A DNA stretch of 63,527 bases, filler included, from Hyphochytrium catenoides (lineage: Eukaryota > Protista > Hyphochytriomycota), in assembly GCA_900088475.1 (NCBI GenBank). It is 4 parts of 4 records of this genome, joined end to end, with 100 filler letters (N's around TTAATTAATTAA, not from the genome) between each part and the next. Parts side by side here need not be neighbours in the genome. Positions count along the whole stretch, not along the records: positions 45,253 to 61,867 come from FLMG01000403.1; 3 more parts are not named here. The stretch is one strand, 5' to 3'. Shown in pieces: positions 48,942 through 60,631 of this stretch. Numbering within the stretch: position 1 is the stretch's first letter; each line of letters opens with the position of its first letter. The notes under the pieces are model-generated. The model worked only from the letters and a program-made list of their open reading frames with translations. It made no database searches and had not been told where the DNA came from. Both the position numbers and the translations under genes were made by a program.

Positions 48942-51900
48942 CTATTCTACAGCTCGTGGAACAGGGAGAGCCGCAAAGCTAACGGCGCGGCAAGTTACAC
49001 TCAGCACCATTGGCAGAGGCTCAGATATATTCACGATTCTCCACCAGAAGGCGTAGGTAGTGTGTCATGAATGACAGTTGATGAGCCTGCAGAGCCTCCA
49101 TTTCCACCTTCCATCCATACGCTTGCATGCGCTGCACCTCTAACTGATAACTTGGATTTCCCTTTTGAGGAGAGCAATGACGATATGCAACAAAGGGTTA
49201 GAACAAGAAAGCGATAAGCCAGTAGGAACTTCATGCATGGCCAGTAGGAACTTCATGCATGGCCTCTAACAAGAGCCCAGAAAGCGAAGATCACACATCA
49301 TCGCTACAAGGCAAAGCCAAACGAAGTTAGATGGTTCACCGCCGGTTTCCATAGTACCATGCTAACAACGGTCTCACTCCCTCTCATCACTGGTTATGGA
49401 GGCAGTTGCGCTGTAGTGCCTCACCTGAATAAAGCTGTTCCGTAGGAGAGATTTGCACTTATTGGAGTCTGCCTGTGAAAATGGCAGCTTATCTTTCTCT
49501 TCCAGCGCGAGAGTTGGGAGTTGAGATGGTCGAACCCCCATCCACTTTATATCTACAGCTGACAGAAGAAGGACAGTAAGAAACTGATGAAAGCTACCAG
49601 GCCAGGGTGATGGGCGAGAGTCGATGCCAGTCAACTGCATTGAAGGCTGAGGAGGAAGCATGAGAGGTAATAGGCTGATATGTAGCTTGCACAGCCGATA
49701 GGTTGGTCACCTAGAAGTGACATAAGAATCGAGCAGCAGCCAGCCAGAAGAGAATGAGAATACACCGACATAAGGACATATGGCAGAGCCTTCTGATAAT
49801 CTAATCTATTCTTCTGGAGCTAGAGGAAACCCAATGAAAGAGGTGGCAGGAGGGACGACACGCAGTGATGGGAAGGAGCATGAGCTGCAAAATGGAACAC
49901 CACGATAGGAGGCCTTTACCGTAGCTGCAGGATTCCGTATGGCTTCGAGAGCTGCCAAGCTTGTACGTGAGCTGAGATGAAGTAGCCAACCAGGCCATCA
50001 ACGAGGTAGTAATAATGAGGGAGGATAGGCTGAGTTGAAGAAGAACAAGCACTTAGCCGGCAACAACAAAGGAGAGAACTCAAGAAGAGAGAGATGGCAC
50101 TAAAGGATGAGATACTTAGAGGCAACACACGTAGGAGAGAGGCAAAGAAGAAGCACCAAGCGTACCAGAATAGCTAGCCCGAAGGGATTGGCGTCGCACA
50201 TTCCTGGTTTGATTAGAAGAATCATTATGAAATTGTTAGAAGCGCAGCACAAACAAGTAGCATGAGAAGGAACGCCCCAAAGCACCGAAGGGATCCATAG
50301 AACTTTAAAGGTACATGGACCGGTCGTAACAACAGCCAAAAATTCTGTGATGAGGAGGAAGGAAGGGGTACCTTGTCCTAAAAGTGAGTAGAGAAGGTGA
50401 AAGGAGAGGAACAGGCTTGCTGCTGCTGGTGCTTACCAAGGACCGGGAGTTGCATCTCATGACTCATGCGGTGGAGGAACATTCTTGCGTCAAATGTTGC
50501 GGCGTAGAACGACGTCGAGAAGACAACAAGAAGATAGCGCGTTAGGAAAGTCAGCATTGTAAAGCAGGAGGACTATTTCTGGAGAGGAGGCGACTGGGTA
50601 CTCTGGGAGTGGGGTTCACTATTTTAAATGATGAGGTAGACGCTCAAACCAGGGCAGTATGTCAGCTGACCTCGTTGCAGGGAGTAGTTTACAGAGAAGA
50701 GCAAGAGTCAAGACCCTTCTTCCCCCAATATCGTCCATGTCGACGGCACTCTCCTCTCAATAAATTACCTGGTGACCATGTCCGGAACTCCTGAGCCTGT
50801 GATTATGATACAAGGGATCACTTGATGGAGGCGGTCCTCCATGAGACGGTGGAAGACAGCTGTAGAAGGACGCATGAAAGACGGACGCGGTCATGGGAGA
50901 GCGCTCGTTAACAGCCTGATGATAGGGATATATGGATGAATGATGGAGCATTCTCCTCGAGCTTACAAACCAAAAAGGGATCAGAACAACCTTAAGCTTA
51001 CCATCCTTTTCTATCACCTTTTCTTGTTCGACAGCGTAAGAAGAGAAAACCCCACACAAGATCGAGAAAGACGGAGTAGCGCGGACAGTGAAGGGACGAG
51101 CAAGAAGGGGCCAACTATCAGCGTGAAAGGCAGAGGACTACGATTGAGAGCATAAGGTAAACTGCGTCTTCTTAATAAGAAGAAGACGGAGCAAGGAAAC
51201 AGGTATTATCAAATAGTGGCAGCAGAAGGGAATCATCTTGAAAGGGGAAGAACATAGAAGCGTAAGCCGCAGAGAAGAGAGCATAGTCAGCGATTAGAGG
51301 AAAGGAATAATAACCTATGAAGCACAAAAGTGAAAGGTCACGTAGGAAGGAAGAATAGCAACGATCATAGCAGGTCCTGATGAAGGGATCATCGTCCTCT
51401 CAGTCAATGAGGAGATAGCGATAAAGAAGTTTGTTAGTACCGACCAAGATGTACTTTGCGCCCCGCGAGGCCAACTTCGTCTCTGATCTACACATCTCCC
51501 ATGTAATGCTCTTTCGGCAATATGTAGGTTGGTCAAGGTTGATCCATTGCCCATGCTCCTGCGAAAAATTGAGGACTTAAGGTTAGCTTGCTGCCCTAAC
51601 AACTAGATCACCTACGAGAATTCTACTCCTTTTCCTACTAGAACGAACAAGGTAAGATGGAGGAGGAACTGAGGGCCCACGACCTAGAAGGGTAGTAGTG
51701 GGCAACGACCCGAAGGACAAGAACGAGAACTGAGATGGTGAGTAGCAGTAGCATCACTTGGATCTCGACCAGGCCTCCAAGGAACCCCTTTCCGGTAGAC
51801 GTTCTGATCCCTAGACGCCATCGAGGAACCTGAAGAAGAGAGCAACAGTCTTGGGAGCAGAACGGTTCCCGTTAGCAGGAGCAAACCACGTGCATATGGT

Positions 51901-52167
51901 TAACTGGATGACCATAATAAAGGACTTGGTGGCACGAAAGAAACTGGTGAGAAGGACAGTTCAGTCAATTTCGCAAGGGAAATACACTGCTGAAGCGAGA
52001 GGCGACCATATCCGAGGTTGTAGGGTGCCACCAAGACATTGTCCATCCTCTGTAATAATGTTCTTGTCCTCACTCACGCTTACCGAGAATGGCTTCATTG
52101 CATTCACATTGACTGCGAAAGAAGGATGTGTTGGCGTAGTAGACGTCCCGCTATGCAGTGCCATCAT
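48942..52167 (-). pseudogene. Degenerate or multi-exon membrane-protein gene, possible paralog of 56837-58066
   Basis: Phase-matched exons (about 50570-50437, 50052-49920, 49558-49425, 49161-49021) give MLTFLTRYLLVVFSTSFYAATFDARM..LVLLQLSLSSLIITTSLMAWL..GWKVEMEALQAHQLSFMTHYLRLL. A shifted frame continues EPLPMVLSVTCRAVSFAALPV. Upstream parts contain stops or frameshifts. Confidence 0.3.
49218..49264 (+). repeat. Perfect 22-bp tandem duplication
   Basis: gccagtaggaacttcatgcatg twice, followed by gcc. Confidence 0.9.
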
Positions 52168-52197
52168 GGTTACTTAGCTGGGCATGAGTAGACAGAA

Positions 52198-52326
52198 GAG
52201 AGGGTGCACTTCTACATAGAAAATGAGGTAGAACTGGGACATGACGACTCTAGGAACTGCAGATGGAGAGGGTGCACTTCTATATAGAAAATAAGAAGGT
52301 AGAACTCAGACCTGACGACCTAGGAA
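52198..52326 (+). repeat. About 68-bp-period diverged direct repeat (2 copies)
   Basis: gagagggtgcacttcta(c/t)atagaaaat..aggtagaact..gac(a/c)tgacgac..taggaa at about 52198 and 52266. Confidence 0.8.
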
Positions 52327-53141
52327 ACGCAAGAAGAAGAAGGAAGGACATCAAGATAAAAGGACAAAGTTCAGACAAAAAGGAAAAGGTGGTGGGTAGC
52401 TAAGAGCACTGAGGAGGCGCAGTGAAGCTAGGGCTCAATGGCAACCCATACCTGTGTAGAAGTTTTTCTCTCTTTGGTCAATTGATAGCAACATGCTAGG
52501 ACGACAAAGATACCGGCATACTTCTTCGCACCGCGAAGAGTCTTGAGTGAGAAAGGTTAATGTGGTTATTGTGGGTGAATCAGCGACGATAGATACGGAA
52601 GAAGAAAGATGATGCCCAAGAGCCAGCATATAGCTGCTGCAGTCATCGCAACAACAGTAAGTTCATTGCTGAAGGCTTGAAGGGAGAGAATTGAACATAC
52701 TTGACTACTAAAGACAACAGGAGCTAGATGAAAGGGCAATCCAGGCCAGGATGTCTTAGAAGAAAGACGCTATAAAGCATTGGCAATATCATTATGGACC
52801 GAAGGGATTGAGTCGCGGAATACGACAGGCAGCAGAAGCCCTTACAAAGCCGATCTTCGTCAAAGTCCCGTTGTGAACGTAGTGGTTTCCATGATCTGCT
52901 AAGCGTACAGAGTTGAGCCGCCGTGGAAAGGATAGTGAAGGGAGATCTCCATTGCGAAGGAGTACGCTCCTCACGGTCATTCTTGCTATGTTCTCTATCC
53001 TCGTTAGAATCTAGAGAAGAACCGTGACTCATCAGCAAAAGACAAAGACCTACAATTACATTGCCCCGAAGCAGTGGACGAAAGGATGGGGAATAGTGAA
53101 GGCAGACTAATAGCGGAAAGAAGCCCATCGAGGCTGAGCAA

Positions 53142-55061
53142 TCAGAAGATTGGAAGGAGTGGTAGGATGATGGGGCGACGGAAGCAACAAGGGCTGGTCC
53201 TCCTGAGGTTATCTAATAGGAAGGCCTGCGAAGATCCAAGAAAGTAAAGACAGACCTCCCTTACCTTCTCCCTCCAGCGCTCGTCTGCTACTCTTGTTGC
53301 CTGCTGCGACAAGCAGTCATCACTCTCTTCCGCTCCTAATTCCACCTCCATCATATTGGGAACAAAAAGAGGTGGAGCTAGGCACTGCAGCGGCGATGGT
53401 GAAGGAGATCCAACATTGACAAAGGTCAACCTCTCTACTAGGTCCTCCACGAGTCCTGGTTCTTCGCCGGTCATCAGGGAGAGATTGGCCCCATCACAAT
53501 GTTCAACGACTTGCTGCGTCCAGACGGCAGCTCTCTCCTTTATGGCGTAGCTCCAACTTTGCATTTCTTCTTCTATGGCCATCATTCTCAAACCTCCATC
53601 ATCTCCATCGTCAGACGTAGTCACCGTTTTCTTTGTCAAGACGGTAGTTGCAATCGTTGATGCCGCCATGAAGAAAGTGTCTTCCCTTTGAACGGCAGAC
53701 GTCAGGTTCCCCTCACTTCTGGCTTCTATATTCTGGGTAGGATGTCTGCTTTCCTCCAGTACGACAGGATAATGTCCGTCTTGACATGAAGAATAAGAGA
53801 TAAGATCCTCCCATGATGGTCCCGCTTCAAGCAGCTGCGACTCTTCTTGTTGTAGTGTGCTTGTTACGCCCGCTGCAGGAGAAGAGGGAGACGAGCTAGT
53901 ACAGGGATAGTATTCACCTTCACTACCTTCATGAAACTCGACTCTGAATTTTTCAGCGTGATCATCGTAGGGGAGAGAAGAAGGGTGGTGGAGGTCATCA
54001 TCAATGTTCGAGCCTGTGGTAAGCATCATCATTCGTCCTTTATCACCATTATCTTCTTGTCCTTGGTTATCTTCTTGTCCTTGGTCAAACTGCTTGGCCC
54101 GTCGTCGCAGTTGTAGCTTATCACTATGAACATAGGCAACAGACGCGGAAGTAAGGTGGGCCATACCATCATCGAACTGATAATGAGGTTGTTCGCTGCC
54201 AAGAGAAGAGCTGTGATAGGCAGGGTTTTCGGCCTCATCCACGGAAAGCTGGCTCTCTCCCATTACCACCATATGGTGGTAGAAGCTGTCATGAGCAGCG
54301 CCATCGTAGGGTCTCGTCTCCTGATAAAAGCTGCTTTCTTTGTGAGATTGTTCGCAAAGCTCTGCCGGATAGCAGAAGTGTGGCACATCCTGCCGGTGCC
54401 CGGAATAGCAAATTTTCTGCTTTTCTAACTCCAAAAGAGGCCTGTCTGGGACTTCATTATATTCTGCTACTTCATAGCCATCGTCATGCCACTGCTGTGG
54501 CTGACCTGCAGGAGGAAAGGAGGCCTCCTCTTCACTTCGATCACACTGACCGTGGTACTCGTATGTCGTGGCGCTTGGAGGTCTGAGTTCTTCCACTCCT
54601 TCCATGGAAGAAGAAGAGGAGATGTGGAAAGGAGGCGCCACTGGACGCAAATGTGACAAGAAATAGAAGGTAGGCGTTCCTGCTGGTTCAACAAGCCTGG
54701 AATCCTTCTCAATGCAAACCTTGGAGTAATGGCCCTGCATTGCATGAGACAAAGCCCCTTCTGAGAACAAGTAGCCTTCGTTTACCGCTGCGTCCAGGTG
54801 CTGGTCCTTTTGAAGAATCGTCTCGTCCAACGAGCGAAAAGCACCGTTTGCGTCATCGTGAACAAACACCACCTGCTGACCGGCATCATGGCAGTGCATG
54901 ATTGTTGATGGTGTTGATGAGGAAGTTGAGGTCCCCTCTTGAAATTGATCAATGTTGGCGCAGTCCGAGCCGTACTGCTCTTCCAAGACTTCTGGCAGTG
55001 ATGAGGCAGAGCAGCTAAAATATAGAGATTGGTGAAGCTCTTCCGATGATGAAGAGGACAT
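53142..55061 (-). CDS. Hypothetical acidic, probably disordered protein (639-aa ORF; may be the first exon of a longer gene)
   Basis: 1.9-kb ATG-initiated ORF in non-microsatellite sequence, rich in S/E/D/H/Q, with an in-frame 18-bp duplication (QGQEDN x2). No recognisable domain. Confidence 0.6.
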   Translation of the reverse strand: MSSSSSEELHQSLYFSCSASSLPEVLEEQYGSDCANIDQFQEGTSTSSSTPSTIMHCHDAGQQVVFVHDDANGAFRSLDETILQKDQHLDAAVNEGYLFSEGALSHAMQGHYSKVCIEKDSRLVEPAGTPTFYFLSHLRPVAPPFHISSSSSMEGVEELRPPSATTYEYHGQCDRSEEEASFPPAGQPQQWHDDGYEVAEYNEVPDRPLLELEKQKICYSGHRQDVPHFCYPAELCEQSHKESSFYQETRPYDGAAHDSFYHHMVVMGESQLSVDEAENPAYHSSSLGSEQPHYQFDDGMAHLTSASVAYVHSDKLQLRRRAKQFDQGQEDNQGQEDNGDKGRMMMLTTGSNIDDDLHHPSSLPYDDHAEKFRVEFHEGSEGEYYPCTSSSPSSPAAGVTSTLQQEESQLLEAGPSWEDLISYSSCQDGHYPVVLEESRHPTQNIEARSEGNLTSAVQREDTFFMAASTIATTVLTKKTVTTSDDGDDGGLRMMAIEEEMQSWSYAIKERAAVWTQQVVEHCDGANLSLMTGEEPGLVEDLVERLTFVNVGSPSPSPLQCLAPPLFVPNMMEVELGAEESDDCLSQQATRVADERWREKVREVCLYFLGSSQAFLLDNLRRTSPCCFRRPIILPLLPIF

Positions 55062-56836
55062 CGCACCTTTCTCTTGAGCTGTTTCTTCCTTTTTATAAGT
55101 CTCTCACAAGGCTAAAAATTTAGCAACCAGTTTTGCCGGCTGACAGGAGGAGGTATGAGCTTGTTAATAATGAAGATTCTGGATGCCCGGCACACTGCTG
55201 CTTATCTAGGCCTCTTCCTTCTTCAATGTCTTCTTCCATGATGATGAGCGCTCCGGTTAGCTGTGCCCTTCTGCACCAAGAGCTATACGAGGTTGATATA
55301 AAGGAGGGACTCTGCTGGCCGTCTACTGACCGTCTACTAATAATGAAACCCTCGTCTCGGAGGTATTGTCACCTTTCTTCGCAGAGGTAGGTAGTAGTCG
55401 TAAACAATCCACCAGGGCCCAACAGTCACCAGGTTTCTTGTACTGAATGACGACTTCTAAATCAGTAGCAGCAGAAGAGACATCGGCAGCCAGCCACCAC
55501 AAATTAGAGCTTTTCGCTTCTCTGCTAGTCTACTACCTACGTTGGCAACATTGTCATCGTCATCGTCAGCACCAGTATATATAGCAGCTGCGACAGTGAT
55601 GAGATAACTGCAGATGACAAATGAAGATTGAGACCAAAAAGCTCTTCGACGAGACTCTTTATATTTTGCTATGAAGATTCGCGTCCGGCGTCGGTCCATC
55701 ATTACTGAAAAGAAAGAAGGCAAGACAATTGAAAACCGAAGGAGAATAATGAACATTTGCAATGCCCTCCGTGTACTACTTTGACATGGCCACCATAAGC
55801 TCCGAATTTAGCATTGCCATTTATTGTTAGAGTGGCATCGCTTCGTATTTCAGATTTTCGAAATAGAGAAGGCAAGCGGCTCCGGATTTAAATGCGAACA
55901 GCGCTAATATGACTTGGGGCACTTCTAAAGAAAAAATTAGCTGTCGAAATTGAATCACGTATCAAAAGTGATCGGTGGGCCACCTTGGGAGTTAAAAAGA
56001 GTAGTGGTAGTAGTGCAGAAACGGAAAAATAATAGCAATTCCACTAGTGGCCCACATAAGGGTAAATTCATTGTAGTAGTAATGGGCCTGCAGCTACCAC
56101 CTTCTTTTGTACGCAATAAAGAAAGGACAAAGAGTGCTTGACTCTACATTAAAAGAACCGAGATGGTAGAGTATAGGCTGTCGCCTACGTCGTGTCTCCG
56201 TACAAACAGACGGGTCTCTGCCCCCTCTGCAATGCTGAGATAATAACAGTAGTGTGTGTGAGTGGTTATTATTAGTAGTTCCAGTCTCTGCATAATAATA
56301 ACAGCGCCGCCAAGCCTAGGTCTCCGTCTGCTGGTTCCTTCACTTTTGAATTTTCTCATACCAATTAACTGCTGCAATAGTGATGATAACGTTAGAAGAA
56401 AGGGTTATTGACAGCGGAAGGTGAACTTGGGCGGCGGCGGTTGACAATAATAAGCAGCGTCTGCAAAGGTAGTGCCTCCTCAGCTGCCATCAGGGAGTAG
56501 TCAGCCAAGTGTGTTGGCCTGATCATCACCATCGCTTGCATCCCAAGAAGGCTCCTCTTGCCACCACATCTTTTCCAGGCTCACATGGACTCCTTGTGAA
56601 TGGATGTAGAGAGGAAGGTGACCTCAGCATTGCATCCAGTCTCTTTGTTGGTGTGTTAGAAAGGCACAAGCAACCAAGGCAAGCAGACTAAACCTTCCTT
56701 ATCGTGGCCCTTTCTATCTCAAGGCTCTATTTTCTGCCCCCTCTGCAATAGTTCCCGCCTTTCACTACCTGCTCTAGACTTGACGCTTTAGCCATGAGCT
56801 CTTCGCTTAGTCTGCCTGTCATAGATAGACTCCAAT

Positions 56837-58066
56837 TTACCCCGGAACATTTGCAAGGTTCAACGCTTCTCCTTTGTGTTCAGACCGTTGAACTGTATTA
56901 GGACTGCTAGCAAACGTTTCATGTTTGTCCTCCTTGGTCAGTGTTCCAGTACCTCTTGGCTGGTGGTGCAAATGAACAATAGGCAGGTCAACTATCCGAA
57001 CGCGACTTCTAATGAAGACACAGTCCTGGGGATGCTTAACCGTCAGATAAGCCAATCTGATCACCATCACGACCACATTGAAGCATCTATTGAAGCAAAA
57101 TTCCTTGATGGAAAAGCCCCACTGAGATCTCTTGGAAGCGGTCTGCTCTATCACCCCGTGCAGGAGGTCCCAACGGTAATCGCACATATAGGGGGAGACT
57201 TTCCCGTAGATCAACGCTAGCAGCAGGCAGCCGAACATGCTCCAGATAACCAAAATAGTCCTGGAAGCCTTGCGAACGGACGTAGGGAAGGCGTCATAAA
57301 AGCAGAATCCCAACGTTAGGCTCAGGAAAAGGCAGACACCCATAAGCCAACCCGTTGTATTGAAGCAATAAAGGCCGGAAAGAGCAACCGCGAAGCCCGA
57401 GACCTCCAAAAGGAAGGTAAGTGCTTCAAAGGTAGATAACGCCTTCCGCAGTGTGACAATACTTGTGAGGGACAGCTGCCTTAGGATAGGCGGAACTAAC
57501 AACGGAAAGGTTGCGCTGAGGATCAAAACGCGATGCTTCTCTGCCAGCTCTCCCCATGCCAGTATCAGCCCTATAAAAAGAGTCACGAGCAAGGATCCAA
57601 TGAAGCTCATTGGAGCCCACACTTTCTTCCAGCTCCACCAGCACTCGTAGAATTGTCGCCCGAGAAGATGTTCCATGGCAGTTAATGTGCTTTCTTCTTC
57701 CGACAGTTCCGTGTATGGCCGAACTGCCATGATAACGCGCTTTCTCTTGGGCCGTTTACAGCTAGAAGAGGATGGCGAGGAAGGTCTTCTGGAAATCATC
57801 GCTCTTTTTTTCTCTTCTATCTCATCCTCCTTCTTCGGTGTTACTGCCAGAGCTCTCTTACTCTCTTTAGCCACCAACCCTTTTTTCCATGACTTGTTGG
57901 CCTTCACAAGAACCAGGGTTGGTCTGTATGCCAGAGCCGTATCAATTGCTGTCCTCAAATCCATAAGTGACTTCTTTTCCAAAGTATCTAATCCAGGCCT
58001 GCCCTGGAGATACGTCAAAAGTGGGAAGCAAAGCCGTGTCGCGGTAGACTCAAACTCTCCTTCCAT
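56837..58066 (-). CDS. Hypothetical multi-pass membrane protein, 409 aa, intronless
   Basis: Basic/Ser-rich N-terminus, then about 6 hydrophobic segments (FIGSLLVTLFIGLILAW; VLILSATFPLLVPPIL; FEALTFLLEVSGFAVALSGLY; WLMGVCLFLSLTLGFCFYDA; ILVIWSMFGCLLLALIY; FNVVVMVIRLAYL). Confidence 0.7.
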   Translation of the reverse strand: MEGEFESTATRLCFPLLTYLQGRPGLDTLEKKSLMDLRTAIDTALAYRPTLVLVKANKSWKKGLVAKESKRALAVTPKKEDEIEEKKRAMISRRPSSPSSSSCKRPKRKRVIMAVRPYTELSEEESTLTAMEHLLGRQFYECWWSWKKVWAPMSFIGSLLVTLFIGLILAWGELAEKHRVLILSATFPLLVPPILRQLSLTSIVTLRKALSTFEALTFLLEVSGFAVALSGLYCFNTTGWLMGVCLFLSLTLGFCFYDAFPTSVRKASRTILVIWSMFGCLLLALIYGKVSPYMCDYRWDLLHGVIEQTASKRSQWGFSIKEFCFNRCFNVVVMVIRLAYLTVKHPQDCVFIRSRVRIVDLPIVHLHHQPRGTGTLTKEDKHETFASSPNTVQRSEHKGEALNLANVPG

Positions 58067-59488
58067 CGTAGTACACAGTGTTTATTCCTCAGACCCACAG
58101 TGGGGACTGCTGGCGCGTCCTACAGCGAGACTTGCAGGCTAAGGACCTGGCAGGAGAACATATTGTAGAGAGAATACATCTCGACAAGGAGAATGAGAGA
58201 TCTCTTCGTTGGTTCTGCGTCTAAAGGGCACTACTACTAGTACCCTTCGATGACCAGCAAGGAAGCGTACAAGGGATAGACTACCAGCCCAGGTTCTAAA
58301 CAACCCATACGCTTGGTAGGCAAAGTCGTCAATCTTGCGGGTGATTGACCCCAAGCTTCTGGATGGTGCTCGTCTCCTGATGAGGTGTAGCTGATGAGTA
58401 TAAAGTAAGTCGAGTTGTTGCTAATGGCCTTGTTGGGAGACCTAACCCTTCTTAGCTCTTCTACTAATAACACCAGAGTGACAAATTCTGACAACAGCTG
58501 GGTCAGCCGAGATGGGAGAAGATGCGATGAGAAAGAGTAAGAATAACGTCTCTACTGGTTGCTCTCTCAGGTGAGCACTAAACCATCAGAGCGGCGATAA
58601 TGATTTACCCATCCTAGTAGGTCTTTCCTTTCGCTACGAGGTACGCAGGCGCAGGGCGTAAAGAAGGCTGGACTCATATGACCAACAAAGGGCATGGCTT
58701 CTTTGACAACGTAGAGGAAAGAGGAGGACCGGGCAGCGAAGACGAAGGACGGAGATTATGTCTGAGAACTTCTGCCTGCTGCACGCAACCATCTCTTTTT
58801 CGCTTCCTATGCTGCTATTATTGGTTACTCAGTATTGTCATAGTACTTCGCTACGAGGAGAGCACCTACATCCTGCTAATAGCAGCAGCCCCATCATAAC
58901 CGTTCGTTCTCAATCCTCCTTCCTTTGTCTCCTTGACTCCTCTCAAAGGATCCTGTCTCTCCATCCAAGTCATTCCAATCGTTGCTTCCCTACTACTATG
59001 GGTCCAGATCCGTTATGGGCCGTTACAAGCCGGTACAACCGCAGAGGGACGGTAAGATTCCGTCACACTGGTGACAGACAAACAAACAGACACAGCCATC
59101 TGCCGCGGCAGCAGGTGCTGCTGCTGCTTACTGCCGCTGCTGCTTACTGCCGCTGCTGCTTGCTCCTGTGAACAGGTGGGCGACTCTATAATGTGCAATC
59201 TGGAGGACGGGAATTAGAAGCGCAGGAGGGAGGAGGAGGGCAGCAGCACGCAGGAGTAGTACTATTACATACTGCTCTTTTACTTCTTCATCACTTCCTT
59301 TGGACGACGGGAAAGTGGAAGCCTTCTGCTGCCGTTGTAAAGCGTTGTTGAACCTTGTGGTGGTTGGCAGCGGGCGGAGGACCAGGCAGTGACATAATCC
59401 TACCAATAAAGGCTGTTGCCATGTCAGCTAGCTAGTATTTAGACGTGATGAGGTCTTGGGTGTGATAGGAGCAGAACAAAGAATACTT

Positions 59489-59566
59489 CCTCTCACTGCG
59501 CCTCCCTCCTTTCACTCAACTCATGAGTTAGCTTATTAGCCGAAAGGAGGGAAGCGCAGTGAGAGG
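59489..59566 (-). other. Inverted repeat / hairpin with 25-bp arms and a 28-nt loop (candidate pre-miRNA or foldback remnant)
   Basis: 59489-59513 cctctcactgcgcctccctcctttc versus the reverse complement of 59542-59566 cctctcactgcgcttccctcctttc: 24/25 match. The single mismatch is a G-U pair on the minus strand. Confidence 0.85.
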
Positions 59567-60631
59567 TCTTGGATGTGGTGCGGCGCTGCATAATCCTCAG
59601 TTCACTCCTCGTCGTCCGTACCTTAGATTAGTTGACTTTCTGCTTTCGACCAGGAAGACTGCCCAAAGCTCGTAGATCATAATAGATAGATAGATAAATA
59701 AAAGGATAGGAGTGCGATCACAGCGAAAAAGTTCTGATAACCTTATTCTGAAGAGGTCTTCCCTTACTACTGGAGAGTGGCTACGTTCTGAGGACTGCTT
59801 TGTAGAAGAAGGGCTGGTGCTAAGATGTTCTAATGTTCAGTTCACTTATATTATTCAGTTCACTTATTTATCAGTGGCAGTCTGCAGCGGGAGAAAAAAG
59901 AAGAAGCCGTCTCGCTGATGCAACAACCAAGCTGAAGAAAGGGGAAGGCTAATAATAGTGGCATAAGTATTGGAGATTACTAGTAAAGAGGCCCGCACAC
60001 AATTTTTCAGTTCTGAATTATGGCCAACTGAAACTCTAGGGTTAGCGCTAGCCAGTGGCAATAGGGTTAGAGTCTCTACCATTAGATGGCAACATTCAAG
60101 CGAGGTGCCGATTGTACGGCCTCTACTAGACATCCATGTTTGAGACTCTACTCTCCATAACGCAGCCCTCCTCCTCCTGGTGCATCTGTCGCGTGGAGGC
60201 TTCAAATTGCAGCAGGATAAGCATCTTGAGGACGCAGTCTTGAGCTTCAAAAGCTCTGGCAAGACTCTTCTTCCACAACTCAGAATCCATGCCTCATATG
60301 AACATAAAGCTGTTTGAACTAGACGTAAACTTCTGGAAGAATGAAGCGGCGTTCTTCTGACCTGCCGCACATCAGAAAACCGCTTTGCGAGGAACATAAA
60401 GATTTCTTGCCCAACAACAGGCGGCAAATGTCGGAACCGCTGCCTACATCTGCTAATGGTCGGGCTACGGACTGCGTAGTACGGTTTGCCCATCCTCCGC
60501 CACAATATATCCAACATCGAGCAACAAAGCTACATCATCATCACCCAAATGCGTACAACCGGCTTAACAAGATGTGGAGAAGTTTCTTCCTTGGTCTTCT
60601 GTTTACGTATGTTGTCACGCCTATGCACTGC

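Noticed and set aside
49298-49303. In-frame UGA after a candidate acceptor, suggesting a selenoprotein
   Set aside because: A second UGA follows 13 codons later, no SECIS is evident, and an alternative acceptor at 49162 gives an open frame.
58000-58066. N-terminus of the 409-aa ORF resembling a SOUL heme-binding motif
   Set aside because: Only about 20 residues of loose similarity; the rest of a SOUL domain is absent.
60037-60070. Two TAGGGTTAG telomere-like motifs
   Set aside because: Only isolated 9-mers, with no tandem telomeric array.
59864-60517. 217-aa ORF as a possible transposase remnant
   Set aside because: No DDE, RT, Rep or helicase motif is recognisable in any frame I read.
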